This document shows, one piece after another, positions 27,917 to 41,500 of a stretch of 64,000 nt of DNA. The DNA is from Octopus vulgaris. Lineage: Eukaryota. Location of the stretch: contig OX597831.1 of the NCBI GenBank assembly GCA_951406725.2, forward strand, positions 81,654,001 through 81,718,000, read 5' to 3'. The notes beneath the pieces are model-generated. The model made no database searches, was not told the origin of the DNA, and saw only the letters and a program-made list of their open reading frames with translations. The number at the start of each line of letters is the position of its first letter. The first letter of the stretch is position 1. The position numbers and the translations under genes are program-made.

Positions 27917-28574
27917 AAAACTGTTTATTATTCGTAATTTCTAGCCATGCTGATTGCCTAATTTACACTTTCCGAAATTGATTGATATTTATAAAGAATT
28001 TCAGGGCATCCAAGGCTAATATCGAAAGCCGATGAGACTTTTCTAGATTAAAATCGCGATCCACTGAATCTGAGGGGAATATGTTAAGTTGAGACAGCGG
28101 GTGTTCCGCTGATACACACAAAACTTCTCTGAAGAAGGATTTTTTACAGCAAAATTTAAAATGCGTTTTTTTTTTTTCATATATGAAATTAATTCATATG
28201 TAATTAACTGTCCTTATGCCCTTTTATGGAAATAATGCATGTTTTAAGAGTAACAACAACAACAACAATAATGATAATTTCTGCTGCCACATATCCTACA
28301 AAGGGGCGATTCACTGCTCTTATCTATTTGAGATGTAATTAGTTCTCCGAGTTCGTTCCTCAGTGCTGCATATCAACATCTCAGTGCTTCCTTTCAGATT
28401 TCTTTTCTATAGTCACCTCCAGGTGTTTGTCTCGTTCCCCCCCCCCTCTGCATCGTTTTCATTTTCCAGTCAGTTAATCTTTGTTCTCCATCTTGATTCT
28501 TAAATGTTTTTGGGCGAGTCACATTCTCACGGGATATCATATTGCTATATCTAAGAGCAACAAACGAATGGCTT

Positions 28575-28985
28575 GATCACATAGCTAAGTTTGTCCATTG
28601 GAGATTGTGTGAGAAGTATGGTCTTGAAAGAAGACGGAAGTGGTACGAGCATAAACCAGAAGGCGTTACCGAGGATAACGAGTATAACATATTTATGAGA
28701 TTTTATAATCCAGTGTGACTCACTGTTGGATGTTCGAAGACCAGACATTGGTGGAGTGGTTACAAGGAAGAAGGAAACCAAGATCATAGATATTGCCATA
28801 CCTGGGGATGTAGGAGCGGGGAATGAAAAAAGTAACTCTCATCTCAGTAGATGTAGAGACACTGGAAGCATTAACAGCCAGGTTTGAGAAATTTCTTACG
28901 ATTGACACGAGGGTAGAACATTTTCACAAAACTGTTTTATTGGGAACAGCGAGGACGTTGATGTTGGTACTTGAGTATTGGGGAA
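28575..28985 (+). pseudogene. C-terminal fragment of an RLE-type (R4/Dong-like) non-LTR retrotransposon
   Basis: HIAKFVHWRLCEKYGL...WYEHKPEGV...DFIIQCD...RRPDI...IIDIAIPGD, a PD-(D/E) restriction-like endonuclease region. Confidence 0.78.
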
Positions 28986-29102
28986 AGAAACCTGCTGAGA
29001 CCTTTCACAATAGGTTGCTGTCCGCTCTTATTTGAATTGATTAAAGCAAAAGGCCTGAAATTTAGGGGAGAATATAAGTGACCCTAGGGCTCAACTGGCA
29101 CT

Positions 29103-30234
29103 TACAAGTTTGAGCTGAAAAGTTCATAGGCTAACTATGAAGGAGTTATGGTAGCGCTGCGCGATCGTGCATGCATTAATTTCAGCCCTTCTTATTAATA
29201 ACTGCATTGTTGCTTTCCAGATAAACTGACACCTGACTGTTCAAAGAAGATTTCAAATGTAACTGGTAGCAACTTCTGCGGGAAAATGGTTTAGCGCCCA
29301 GCGGCATTCATGCTGACATGCTTGCTATATTAGGAGATGATTCACCAGCTTTATCAACAGTGCAAAAGTGAGCAGCTGAATTCAAGAAAAGGGAAATATT
29401 GATCCTATTCACCACATCGTGAGGGATAACAGGTGATTCACTATAAAGCAAATAGCCAATGTTATTAGCATATCTCGCTACAGAGTTGAGAATATTCTGC
29501 ACAATGATCTTAGCATGGTGAAGGTTTCTGCACAGTGAGTGCCACATCTTCTGACACCTGATCAAAAATTCACCATGCTGATCATATCACGGAAAAATCT
29601 GAGGCAGATCCAGCTGGTTTCCTTGAACATTTCCTAACCCAGGATGAGTGTTGGCATCATCGCTTTGTGCTAGAGGCAATCCATGCAATGGAAACACCGT
29701 TCTCCTAGTCCAAAGAAGGCCAAGTTTGTTTTTACAACAGGAAGGTGATGGGCTCAGTTTTCTGCGAAGCAAAAGCCATTGTGTTTATTGACTATCGTCA
29801 AAAGGGTCACACCGTCAATGGAGAGTACAATGCCAACTCGCTGAGGCTGTCAAGAAACAGACGCCCTGTAAAACTGACGAAATTGGTCATGTTCCATCAG
29901 AACAAGGATCCAGCATACAAGTCCTTAGTTTCAATAGCTGCTGTCCATAACCGTGGCTTTGGACAGGTTGGTCAGCCTCCTCATTCTCCTCATTTGACCA
30001 CATCTAACCATCATTTCCTCCCTAACATGAAGGAAGCAGTATGGCCGTAATGATGACCTCATATCTGCTGTTCACGACTGTTTTGGCCAACGGACGAATG
30101 GATCCAAGCACGGCAACACTGATGGAAGAAGTGTGTGGACCGCAACGGGAACGATGTTGAAAAATAAACCTCATTTGATCCCTTTTCGTGAGGGTTTCTT
30201 GGTCAGCCTATGAACTTTTCAGCCGAGACTCGTA
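29103..30234 (+). mobile_element. Near full-length degenerate mariner transposon inserted into an S1 SINE
   Basis: TIRs GCTGAAAAGTTCATAGGCT / AGCCTATGAACTTTTCAGC with TA flanks; *VPHLLT, DECW, VFIDY and PPHSPHL (YSPDL-like) motifs. Confidence 0.9.
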
Positions 30235-30360
30235 TTTTATCAACTCCGAAGAGATGAAAGGCAAAGTCGGTCACGGCGGAATTCGAACTCAGAACGCAGG
30301 GACGGATGAAATACCGCTAAGCATCATGTACGTCTTGCTAACAATTCTGCCAGCTCACCT
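30235..30360 (-). mobile_element. 5' half of an S1 SINE (3' half at ~29045-29102)
   Basis: GATGAAAGGCAAAGTCGG...GGAATTCGAACTCAGAACG is the reverse complement of the S1 core. Confidence 0.75.
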
Positions 30361-30394
30361 TCTTTGTAACAACAAAAACAACAACAACAACAAC

Positions 30395-30464
<70 letters not shown>

Positions 30465-30668
30465 TTGACAATTTAAAAGTAAGTTTAAAAAGCGGCAACA
30501 AAAACAAACGGCAACATCAGTAACAACAACAACAACAACAGCAACACAAACAATCACATTATCAATAACAACAAATTGAGCAGCAACATCGATAGATCGG
30601 CAAATCGACAAAACACGTGACAGAAACCAACGAGGAACAATTGGAAAGAACAAGAAAACGATAACAAA

Positions 30669-30742
30669 GCGGAAGTGAGAGAGACGCGTGCGCCTGCGCG
30701 TCTGGCTGCTGAATGAATGTCCACTCAACTGCTCCTTATTGG
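30669..30742. promoter_or_regulatory. Possible promoter-like motif cluster (ETS, NRF1-like, inverted CCAAT)
   Basis: GCGGAAGT 30669, TGCGCCTGCGC 30689 and ATTGG 30738 in a CpG-rich unique patch. Confidence 0.25.
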
Positions 30743-30945
30743 AGAGGTTTCAGTTAAACGTAGCTGACCCATGGCTATCGATTGTTAAACTCTGTTACCT
30801 TCTGACACAAAACCACTTTAGACTGTTCAGACATAATTGACGAGTAACAGGTTATGGAAGAGTTTGAGTGGTTGGGGGAGGAGGGAGGGAGGGAGGGAGT
30901 TGCGGACGTGTGTGTAGGTAGGTGTGCGTGCAGGGGTGTATGTGT

Positions 30946-30995
<50 letters not shown>

Positions 30996-31121
30996 GTGTG
31001 CATGTGTTTGTGTGTGTGCCCAAGCGTGTATGTGAACTTAAAGATCTAGCTATAAATTATGAAAACGAAAAAGATGTATGCTTCTGTGTATGCATATATA
31101 TTTATATATAGACGCATCTCA

Positions 31122-31194
<73 letters not shown>

Positions 31195-31313
31195 TACATA
31201 AATATACATATTACATGCATATTACACATATATACATATATTTATATATTTATATATATACATATGCATATATATATAAATATATATGTGTATATATATA
31301 TATATATACAAAC

Positions 31314-31347
<34 letters not shown>

Positions 31348-31576
31348 GCGTATACAAATGAATATGTGTGTGTGATCGTGTCTTTGTGTATTTTTTGTAA
31401 GTAGAGATGACAGATATAAGAGAAAAAGCTAGAGTAGTGGACACTGAAATACACAGACAGACAAACAGTGAGACTGACAGGCAGAGAGAGAGAGAGAGAG
31501 GGTGAGGGGGAACCGCCAGACAGATAGACAGATAGATATAGAAAGATAGGTAAATAGATAGATTGATAGGTAGGTG

Positions 31577-31683
<107 letters not shown>

Positions 31684-31740
31684 TCATTCATTCATTCATT
31701 CATTAAAATAAATGAAAAAGCCAAACAGGTATCATTCAAA

Positions 31741-32140
31741 AAACATTGAATCTAGAGAATATAAAGTGATCGAGTATTTTAGAGCTGCTCCTAGAATAAC
31801 CAAACATGTGAACCACGATACTGAGTAAAGGTTCCATAAACGAGGTTCTCCGTCATTGGAAAGAGAAAAATCAGAAGATATAGAAAGAATATTCTTTTCG
31901 CACATGCGCATATACTTTTCTTTCTGATCCGTCATTTTTCGACAAACTAAAAAGTTCTAATATCCTCGTTTGTAGACATTCTTCTTCCCGATAGTTTCTG
32001 AGTCCTCTCCCGCTCTCTCTGATGACGGAGTACCTAGATTATGGAATCCTTACTCAATTTCGTGATCCATAAGCTTAGCTATTCTAGAAACAGCTGTAAG
32101 AGATTCTATCTTTTATCAAAACTACTCTGCATTATGTTTT
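31741..32140. mobile_element. Diverged fold-back element, family D
   Basis: ~31741-31890 is a degenerate reverse complement of ~31978-32140 (e.g. GGTTCCATAAACGAGGTTCTCCGTCATT vs GATGACGGAGTACCTAGATTATGGAATC). Confidence 0.65.
32014..32103 (+). ncRNA. Type I hammerhead ribozyme motif with long stem II
   Basis: UCUCU-CUGAUGA-[GGAGUA..UUAUGGA..UCCAUAA..UAUUCU]-GAAA-CAGCUG-UA-AGAGA: 5-bp stem I, canonical core, palindromic stem III, GUA site. Confidence 0.75.
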
Positions 32141-32834
32141 TATCCTCTATTTAAATTAAACGCCTTTCGAGAGATGCCAAATGTGTCGTTTTTTTCTATT
32201 TTTTTTCCTATATCCACCCTCTTAAGGAAAAACCTACTTCTAAGCGATTTTGATAAGCATTTTCTTTTTGAGCACTATACTTTTAACTTGCAGTTCAAAA
32301 CGGAGTTTTAGTTGTAAACCAAACTGAAAACTCATAATACATACCTATTACATTATGTCAGTTGACGAAGACTGCTTAGATATATTCTCTCTCTCTCTCT
32401 CTCTCTCGCTCCCTCTGTATATGTGTGTGTGTGTGCACGTGTGTTTGTATGTGTATAGATATGATGTATATATAACATACGCACCCACACACACATACAA
32501 ACACACTCACACACACATACACACATATATATGATATATATATTTATGTATATAAATATACGTGTGTATAGATGTATGTATGTATTTATGTGTGTGTACT
32601 ATTTATTAGTGTGATTAAATAAATACAATTTCACATTAAACTGGAGGAATACTTTATACTTCCTAATAAAGTCCTTGTTTGTATAATTTTACAAGGAAAT
32701 GTTTGACAGTGACTGCGAAGTTTCGACATGCTCCCACAATATGTTCAATGTTTTTATTGTCTAATATCTTTTATTTTGTCAATTTCTCACCAACCTGAGT
32801 ATCAGTCAATCTGTCTATCTATCTATCTTTTTAT

Positions 32835-35755
32835 CTCGATCGATAGTATTCATTGACAGACCGGCTCGTAAGTCAAAAGCATTTTTATTGTGTTTTTGAA
32901 AAAGTTTCGTTTCAATTTTTGCACTCGGAGTGTGTAAGACACCCAGCTTTCGTCTGGGTGTGTTTTTCCTAGGGGCAATTTGAGCCTCGATTATATATCA
33001 AAATGTTTGCTTAATAGCTTGTTTTCACACAATGTCGCCGAAGCGTTCCTCATAACGCGTAAACGCTGTTCTTTCTCTCTCGATTGCAACCATTTGTTTA
33101 CGCTTTACATTTTCGGAGTTTTTCAACTTTTCGAACACCCAACTTTCGTTTGGGTGTTTTTTAAATGTAGAATTCGCCGCTAGAGGCATTTTCATCAATT
33201 GATTTTTATTTTTCTCGAAAAAAAAAATGTCGAGAAATTTTATCGTAGAACAATATTCTACGATTTTTTCTAAAGAGGATTTCCCTGTTTTGGAAAAGAC
33301 AGTCAACAAAGACGCTGATATAAAGAAAGCTAAAACTGAAATCAACACCACCAACATCAAAGCTACCATATCTGATAGAACTAACACTGACACAACAACT
33401 GTTAACAACAACAACAACAAAAATGAAGTAAATATAAATGTCCAGAATGTAACGATATATGCTGCCACGGCTGTCTCTTCTGCCACTGACACCACCGCCA
33501 ACACCAACAACAATAACGACAATAACAACAACAATTCCTTTCAGACCTTGTTTCCAAGAACTGAAGGAGAGAAACAAAAGACCGCGACCACCAAACGAAT
33601 TGCCGAAAGCTGCTCAAACGTCATAGATAATTTCTGGCCCATCAATCTGCTCAACGCAGATTTGAAAATTTTGGCCAAGGTGTTCGCCGAGAGGTTGGCG
33701 CTTGTCATCAAGAAACTAGTCGACAAGGCGCAAACATCATAGACAGGGTAGTCAAGAATCCTGGCATGGGTGGGGCGCTGATCAATTTGGATCAATCAAA
33801 AGCTTTCGATAGGGTAGACCATCACTACTTGGAGGCTGTCCTTAAAGCGGCTGGTTTCGGTCCAGTTTTCCGCGATTGGATCGCTGCCTTATACAGCGGC
33901 ATCTGCTCGGTAGTTCGCGTAAATGGTCATCTATTCAGACCTTTTAACATCATGCATTCGGTTCGTCAGGGATGCCCCCTCTCATCGCTTCTGTATGTAT
34001 TGACTCTTGAGCCACTACTGCGGAAACTGGCGACGCTGGGATGCGAGACAAGCGTGTCTGCGTACTCGGGTGACGTCACCGTCATAGTGTCGAGCTACCA
34101 GCACATCGAGCTGGTCGGCGAGGCACTAAAAGAATACGAAGCGGTAACGGGAGCAAAAATTAACCAGGAAAAGTCAGTGGGCTTGCGGCTCGGCACCTGG
34201 AGAAGCAGGCCCATGCCATCCAACAGCATCTCCATCGTGGGACGCTGGACCGACGGACCGGTTAAATTGCTCGGGGTCTGGTTCGGTCCGGATCTCCAAA
34301 TGGAGAAGAACTGGGGCGAAATAATGATTAGGGTGGCTACTCTCACCCAGAAATGGGCTGAGAGAAAGCTATCCCTAAAAGGTCGGGCGGAGGTGGCGAA
34401 CGCGTACATCGCATCCGTCATCGAGTATCGCCTGACCGTCGTGCCTTGTCCCGACCCTACCATCACAAAACTGGAACGTATCCCCTTCCGCTTCCTGTGA
34501 AAGGGAAACGTTCCGATGGTTAGGCGATCCATTTGCTGTCAACACCCGCTAAATGGAGGGCTGGACATGCCGTGGTTAATGATGCGCAGACATGCACTGA
34601 GACTGCGACATCTCCGGCGCTTCATAGACGATGGTGAACAGGTGTGGTCGCTTTTTGTGCGACGCGCTTTCCCGCAGCTCATCTCCTTGGCCGACCTACA
34701 ATCGTGGATTAAACAGAGACCGAGGCTAGGCGAATGGCACCGCGAGTGTCGCGTTGCTCTCAAGCAACTATGCCGTCCGGTATCAAACTTGTGCGACTCC
34801 ATCACAACAAAGGCATTCTATAGAGTATTAGTGGAGGGGAGGTGCGACGACGAACTCGGGTAGTCTGGGCGTCGACGAGGAACACCTGATTTGCCTGTTC
34901 AGGACAACTTTCGGGCCGGGACCTATGAACAATCACCAAAGATCCCTGGCCTGGCAGTGCTATCGAGAAGCATTAACTGTTCGGGATAAGCTCTACAGAC
35001 ACGGTTCCAGACACACTGGACCGACTTGCCCGAGATGCGGTCAGAGCGACGAAACCGTTCTGCACGCACTCGAGCAATGTCCAACCATTTCAGACCTGTG
35101 GGCTTATGCCGAACGGCTGCTGTCACGTGTGGACGAGTCCGCCTGTCGGTCGAGTCTATCGGGAAATTGCACCACCCCCTTCCCTCAACCGGGAAGGCAA
35201 GGCAGTCTTCATCGTACTGGTAGCTATGGTGAAAGAATGTGTGTGGTGGACTCGAGCGAAAGGATTAGAGACAAACACCTTACCTCTCTGGCCAATCGCT
35301 CATCAACTTTTCAAGAACCACTTGAAAACGAAGGTGAGAATGGAGAGGAAGTTTTGTCTCGCGAAAGATTCAAAAAAAGATGGGTGAATGTTGGAAAGAT
35401 GGTGCGTGCGAGTGACGAAACAATTTTGAGCATGACCCTGTAAATCGTAAAAAAGAGACAGAGAGAGCATTTTGCTCTCATGTGGTTATTCCCTCCCTGA
35501 CTGAGGTTCCCGTGGTCTTTTCTGTAGGCTTTTCTTCCCACGGATGAACCCAGTCTTGTTTTATCAATGTTTTTTTTTTTTTAAAGTGTTTCTGTGATAC
35601 ACGATTCCTTTTTTTTTACCTTTTTTTTTCTCTCGATCCCTTTTGATCAAAATCTTACCTTTATTTTCCTTTTTCTTTTCCACCCTCGAAAAGAAAAGCT
35701 CTACATTTGTATTTGTCCCCTCTGTATTCAGCCCTGTGTGGCTAATAAAAGAAAG
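32835..35755 (+). mobile_element. Tx1/L1-clade LINE, copy 1 (putative 5' UTR and ORF1 start joined directly to the RT/zinc-finger half)
   Basis: WPINLLNADLKILAK, LDQSKAFDRVDH, RQGCPLS, YSGD in place of YADD, KINQEKS, CPRCG...ETVLHAL-x-x-C; ends AATAAAAGAAAG into (TATC)n. Confidence 0.9.
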
Positions 35756-35787
35756 TTATCTATCTATCTATCCATCGATCTATCTAT

Positions 35788-35841
<54 letters not shown>

Positions 35842-35850
35842 GTCTGTTTG

Positions 35851-35913
<63 letters not shown>

Positions 35914-36472
35914 GTCTGTCTGTCTGTCTGTCTGTCTGTATGTCTGTCTGTCTGTCTGTCTGCTGTATCTATCTACACACGCACACACACACATATTGTT
36001 TTTCATCAACAGAAGTTACCAAGTGCCTTAACGATCCACAATCTCGTGCAATGTTATTATAGACGGTCTGACTTACAGTGATAATTATAATTCTCTCGGG
36101 ATCATTCGAGAAAAATTAGAATTTGAGGGTCACGTGAATAATGTATATTTTTTTCAAACAGTCTGATTCCCAAAACGTATTTTTGTCTATGTTTATATAT
36201 GTGCGTGTATTCATGCGTGTACATGTGTGTATATATGTATATGGGTATATATATGCGTGCGTATGTGTATAGGTGTGTGTGTGTGAGTAAGTGTTTGTGT
36301 TTGTCTGCGTGTGTGATTCTATGCATACTGTCTCTCGTATTTTAAAAATAAAATATATAGAATACATATATATTTAACAATGCATATAGACACATATAAT
36401 ACACACCACATATACATATACACACATGCACAAAAGCAATATATATAAATATATATACACACACATATATAT

Positions 36473-36552
<80 letters not shown>

Positions 36553-36565
36553 GTATGTATATGTA

Positions 36566-36935
36566 TATTCTGTTGTGTCTGGAGAGAGAGTCATTGCCTT
36601 TTGGTGCCTGATCACTTAACACACTCACCGGTAAAATTTCCACTCGTTAACTAATTTATTTTTCTAAAATTTTCTTTGCGTCTTGCAACCTTTTCAATAT
36701 TTGTTGACTCCGTTCGTTATTCAAGCTGCGTTCTCTCTTGAATAACGAACGGAATCAACAAATATTAAAAAAGGTTTTCAAGACGCGACGACCTTTTAAG
36801 AGAAAATAAATTAGTAAACGAGACCATTGTTAAGCAATCCAGGCACACGAAAATTTCCCCAGAACAACAGGGTATGCTCAACACACGAACTCATATAAAG
36901 AGTCTTGCAAAATGCAAACCAAAAAAAAGACGAAA
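36566..36935 (+). mobile_element. Fold-back element, family C (copy 1, right arm corrupted)
   Basis: Duplicate of 43144-43521. Confidence 0.65.
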
Positions 36936-37059
36936 TATACATATGTATAAAATAGTTAACATACACACATACACACAAATCCCAGAGAAGGCCATACTTA
37001 TATCTATAAATAGAGAAGTGCCTTGACACTTATGTATTTTTATATGTATACCTGGTGGA

Positions 37060-37092
<33 letters not shown>

Positions 37093-38513
37093 TGTGAAGA
37101 GTTGTAGACATTTCTCAACGCTAACTCTTCATTCAGATGAACTCCAACTATACATATCGAAGACATGAAAGTACTATTTATCACTATAAACAATGTCCAT
37201 GTGCCAATAGTGAGTGCGTTTGAATGCTTGTAAAGGCTTGTGTGAGTAAAAATGTGCGATTATACTATTTTGGAAACCACAGTCTGTAGCCATAAAAACT
37301 GGGTAAATAACAATAGAATTTCTTTATTTCTACACTTGGCATTACATCATGAAGATATAAAAAAAATAACCCGGTTCATCCTATGTATTGTGTGTGTGTG
37401 ACCACAAGTTATATGTGGTCGTCGGAGGCAGAGAGAGTGGGGGGGGTCCACGTTGCTACATATTGAAGGGAAGCAGTGAGCAAACATCTAAAAGACTGCA
37501 AATCTGAACCAGAAGCAAGAGAAACGATACGAGAACTGAACAACAGCAGCCGGAAATAAAAACAAATAAACGTGTTTACTGATCTTTTTTTCACCACTTT
37601 TTGAAGGGAACAAACCGCACCAAACAAACAACCACACCAACTGCAGCACCAAGAACCAGAAGCAGCATCACCAACAACATACAACCAAGGAATATACCAA
37701 CTCCCAAACCAAGGACATCACCAAAAAGACACCCAGCATATAAATGAAGAAACAATTACAACAAATACAAAATTGACGAGCTCCTAAACAACACAACAAT
37801 ACCCACAATCACTCAAAAACAAAATACCCAAACCCCACATCCAAAACCGCATACACCACAACCAAACAACTCACCAACCAACACCAACAACAAAACCATA
37901 CACAGTCGACAATATATTTTATGATACTTTCCCTCTTATACTCGATTCGTCTGATCTGTCATTAGACATATTTAGAAGACACAGAAGATTGGCAAATATA
38001 CAGGGGGAGAACATAAAAGGAAAAAAAAGAAAGAACAAAAATAACAAACAAAGTCAGTTTGGGGCGAAGATACATTCTGCCACTCCCGAAACAAAAACAT
38101 CCACAGAAAACACACACATCAACACAAACACACCATCATCAAACCCCCCAAAAATGTTGACAGCCATTAACATCAAACAACCACGACCTAATGGTCACAC
38201 ATTATTAAACTCTGTGTATTTACAGTATGACTGCAACATAAAAACAAGTAACCACCAATTCCTTGTAACACCACCACAACACATTAGTTGTCAATGATGC
38301 CTTTGACGTGACTTCTGCCGATCACATACAGCACCACAAATCTCTTTACCTGATGCAATAGGGAGATTTCAAAAGTACTCTAAATCTCATCGAAAAAACT
38401 GTATAAAAGCCTCATAGAAGATTAGACCGTGAGGTGAAAGACAATTAGAACTTTCGGATTTCTCATATAAACAAGTAACCTTTTCTCTCTCCTTTTCCTT
38501 TTTTGTTTTAAAT

Positions 38514-41500
38514 ATGTTGTCCAGAATAGGTAGTATAAATGTACGTGGCTTGGTTTGAGTAATCTCCTTAAAACAATTTTACCTGTTAAATGACATCAAG
38601 TCACTAAATCTGAATATCTTAGCCATCAGTGAGACCAGACTCCACAGCTTTTGGGCATTCCAGTTATTCGCTATATCCTGATACAAACACATTTGTTACT
38701 GAATTTTTCAATATTTCTCCGTGTCTACCGAGAATGGGCGGAGGTATTTATCTGGAATGCAAAACAGGACACCAGTCCTGGATCTCAAAGTAAAGAGATA
38801 GCAAATTTCCTAGACCCGGAGAGAGAAAGCTGGTCGTTTTAGATGTCGATGGCAGCAATGAGTACATTCGCTTTACATATACTGATAGCAGTTTATGCTC
38901 CGTCCTTAACAGGCCGACCAGTACATTTTACACGACGTCTAGAGTCTTTCATGGGAACGTCTCGTCCTTTACTTTTAGTGGGGGATTGGAATAAAGCCAC
39001 CCTGGACACGCATCTAGACTACGTGAGCAGAGACAGCAATAGAAGGGGATGCAAATGCCTCAAAGACATGCTCAGACGTTTCCAACTGTCTGACAGGTAC
39101 ACACTGGATACCCACATGTTGTAATGTGGACATGGAGTAACCGCATCGGGTCGTCCAGATCATACTTAGATAGAGTATTCTGACAGGACAATAGATAAAA
39201 ATGGTTTGTAGGTTGTCCAAACAATTTCCACTTTAGTCAGTTACGTATCACCAGGATTGAATGGTACTTGTACACTTGATTTTTGTTAAGACACATAGGC
39301 AGGGTCCTTGGTTACTGGAAACTGAACGCGTCTTTTACAGCACGACAGGTTTACAGGGATCCCGGATCAACACATTTAGTTAAGAGAGCTTTGACGCGTA
39401 CCATCATCAACAACAGATCAAGGCTGGTACTGCACTAAAGCGATTAAAGCAAGAATATTTAGTCAGATACAGTAGAGCCCTAGCATTAGACCGAAATGAG
39501 AGGATAGTTATGTTGGAGTTAGTTAAGTTTAGATATGGAAAACTTAGCATCTGGCATCGCGTCCAACGTACTGGCGGCGAGATTGGCCCTCGACCAACAC
39601 CTCAACGCCAAACACAGAAATAAATGCGTTGTCAGAGCTAGGATGCGTGCTCTGAGGAACGAAGGAGTTGGAGCCGCCCAAGAGGCCCGAGGTGTTTTGG
39701 AGACGCATTATGCAACAGAGCCACCATCAAGTCTCTTATAGATGAACAGGGGCGCGAATTACTCAGGCCAAGGATGTGTGGGGTATTTTCAGCAACACTT
39801 CACCCAACTGTTTGGGACAAGTGGTGAGTCAGAAAGCAGTTAGTTTAGTGGACTATTAGTGCCTACCTGACATGCCTTTGCCACGACTCTCAGCAAGGGA
39901 GGTGAGTCTTGTGAAAAGCCTATCACAGCTGCGGACGTACAGGATGCGATGGTAGGCTGCGCGTGTTGGAACAAGTCACCAGGCTTGGATGGTCTGCCCT
40001 ACGAATTTTATTTTCATATGCCAGACTTGTTTGGAGGCGTCTTGGCAGCTGTCTACTGCAACTGGCAGCCAGAACGACGAGTATTCCTGCTTTTGTAAAG
40101 CGACGTCATAGATAATTTCTGGCCCATCAATCTGCTCAACGCAGATTTGAAAATTTTGGCCAAGGTGTTCGCCGAGAGGTTGGCGCTTGTCATCAAGAAA
40201 CTAGTCGACAAGGCGCAAACATGCGCCGTGCCGGGTATAGACAGACAACCTCCATCTGATGCGCTAGTCAAGGGTAATCCTGGCATGGGTGGGGCGCTGA
40301 TCAATTTGGATCAATCAAAAGCTTTCGATAGGGTAGACCATCACTACTTGGAGGCTGTCCTTAAAGCGGCTGGTTTCGGTCCAGTTTTCCGCGGTTGGAT
40401 CGCTGCCTTATACAGCGGCATCCGCTCAGTAGTTCGCGTAAATGGTCATCTATCCAGACCTTTTAACATCATGCGTTCGGTTCGTCAGGGATGCCCCCTC
40501 TCATCGCTGCTGTATGTATTGACTCTTGAGCCACTACTGCGGAAACTGGCGACGCTGGGGCATCCCACGAGAGCTGGGATGCGGGAGGAGCGTGTCTGCG
40601 TACGCGGATGACGTCACCGTCATAGTGTCGAGCTACGAGCACATCGAGCTGGTCGGCGAGACACTAAAAGAATACGAAGCGGTAACGGGAGCAAAAATTA
40701 ACCGGGAAAAGTCAGTGGGCTTGCGGCTCGGCACCTGGAGAAGCAGGCCCATGCCGTCCAACAGCATCTCCATCGTGGGACGCTGGACCGACGGACCGGT
40801 TAAATTGCTCGGGGTCTGGTTCGGTCCGGATCTCCAAATGGAGAAGAACTGGGGCGAAATAACGATTAGGGTGGCTACTCTCACCCAGAAATGGGCTGAG
40901 AGGAAGCTATCCTAAAAGGTCGGGCGGAGGTGGCGAACGCGTACATCGCATCCGTCATCGAGTATCGCCTGACCGTCGTGCCTTGTCCCGACCCTACCAT
41001 CACAAACTGGAACGTATCCCCTTCCGCTTCCTGTGGAAGGGAAACGTTCCGATGGTTAGGCGATCCATTTGCTGTCAACACCCGCTAAATGGAGGGCTGG
41101 ACATGCCGTGGTTGATGATGCGCAGACATGCGCTGAGACTGCGACATCTCCGGCGGCTTCATAGACGACGGTGAACAGGTGTGGTCGCCTTTTGTGCGGC
41201 GCGCTTTCACGCAGCTCGTCTCCTTGGTCGAACTACAATCTTGGATCAAACAGAGACCGAGGCTAGGCGAATGGCACCGCGAGTGTCGCGTTGCTCTCAA
41301 GCAACTATGCCGTCCGGGATCAAACTTGTGCGACTCCATCACAACAAAGGCATTCTATAGAGGATTAGTGGAGGGGAGGTGCGACGACGAACTCGGGTAG
41401 AGTCTGGGCGTCGACGAGGAACACCTGACCTGCCTGTTCAGGACAACTTTCGGGCCGGGACCTATGAACAATCACCAAAGATCCCTGGCCTGGCTATCGA

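Noticed and set aside
33766-34500. 244-aa RT ORF as an active reverse transcriptase or retron
   Set aside because: A LINE fragment with YADD changed to YSGD, plus stops and frameshifts.
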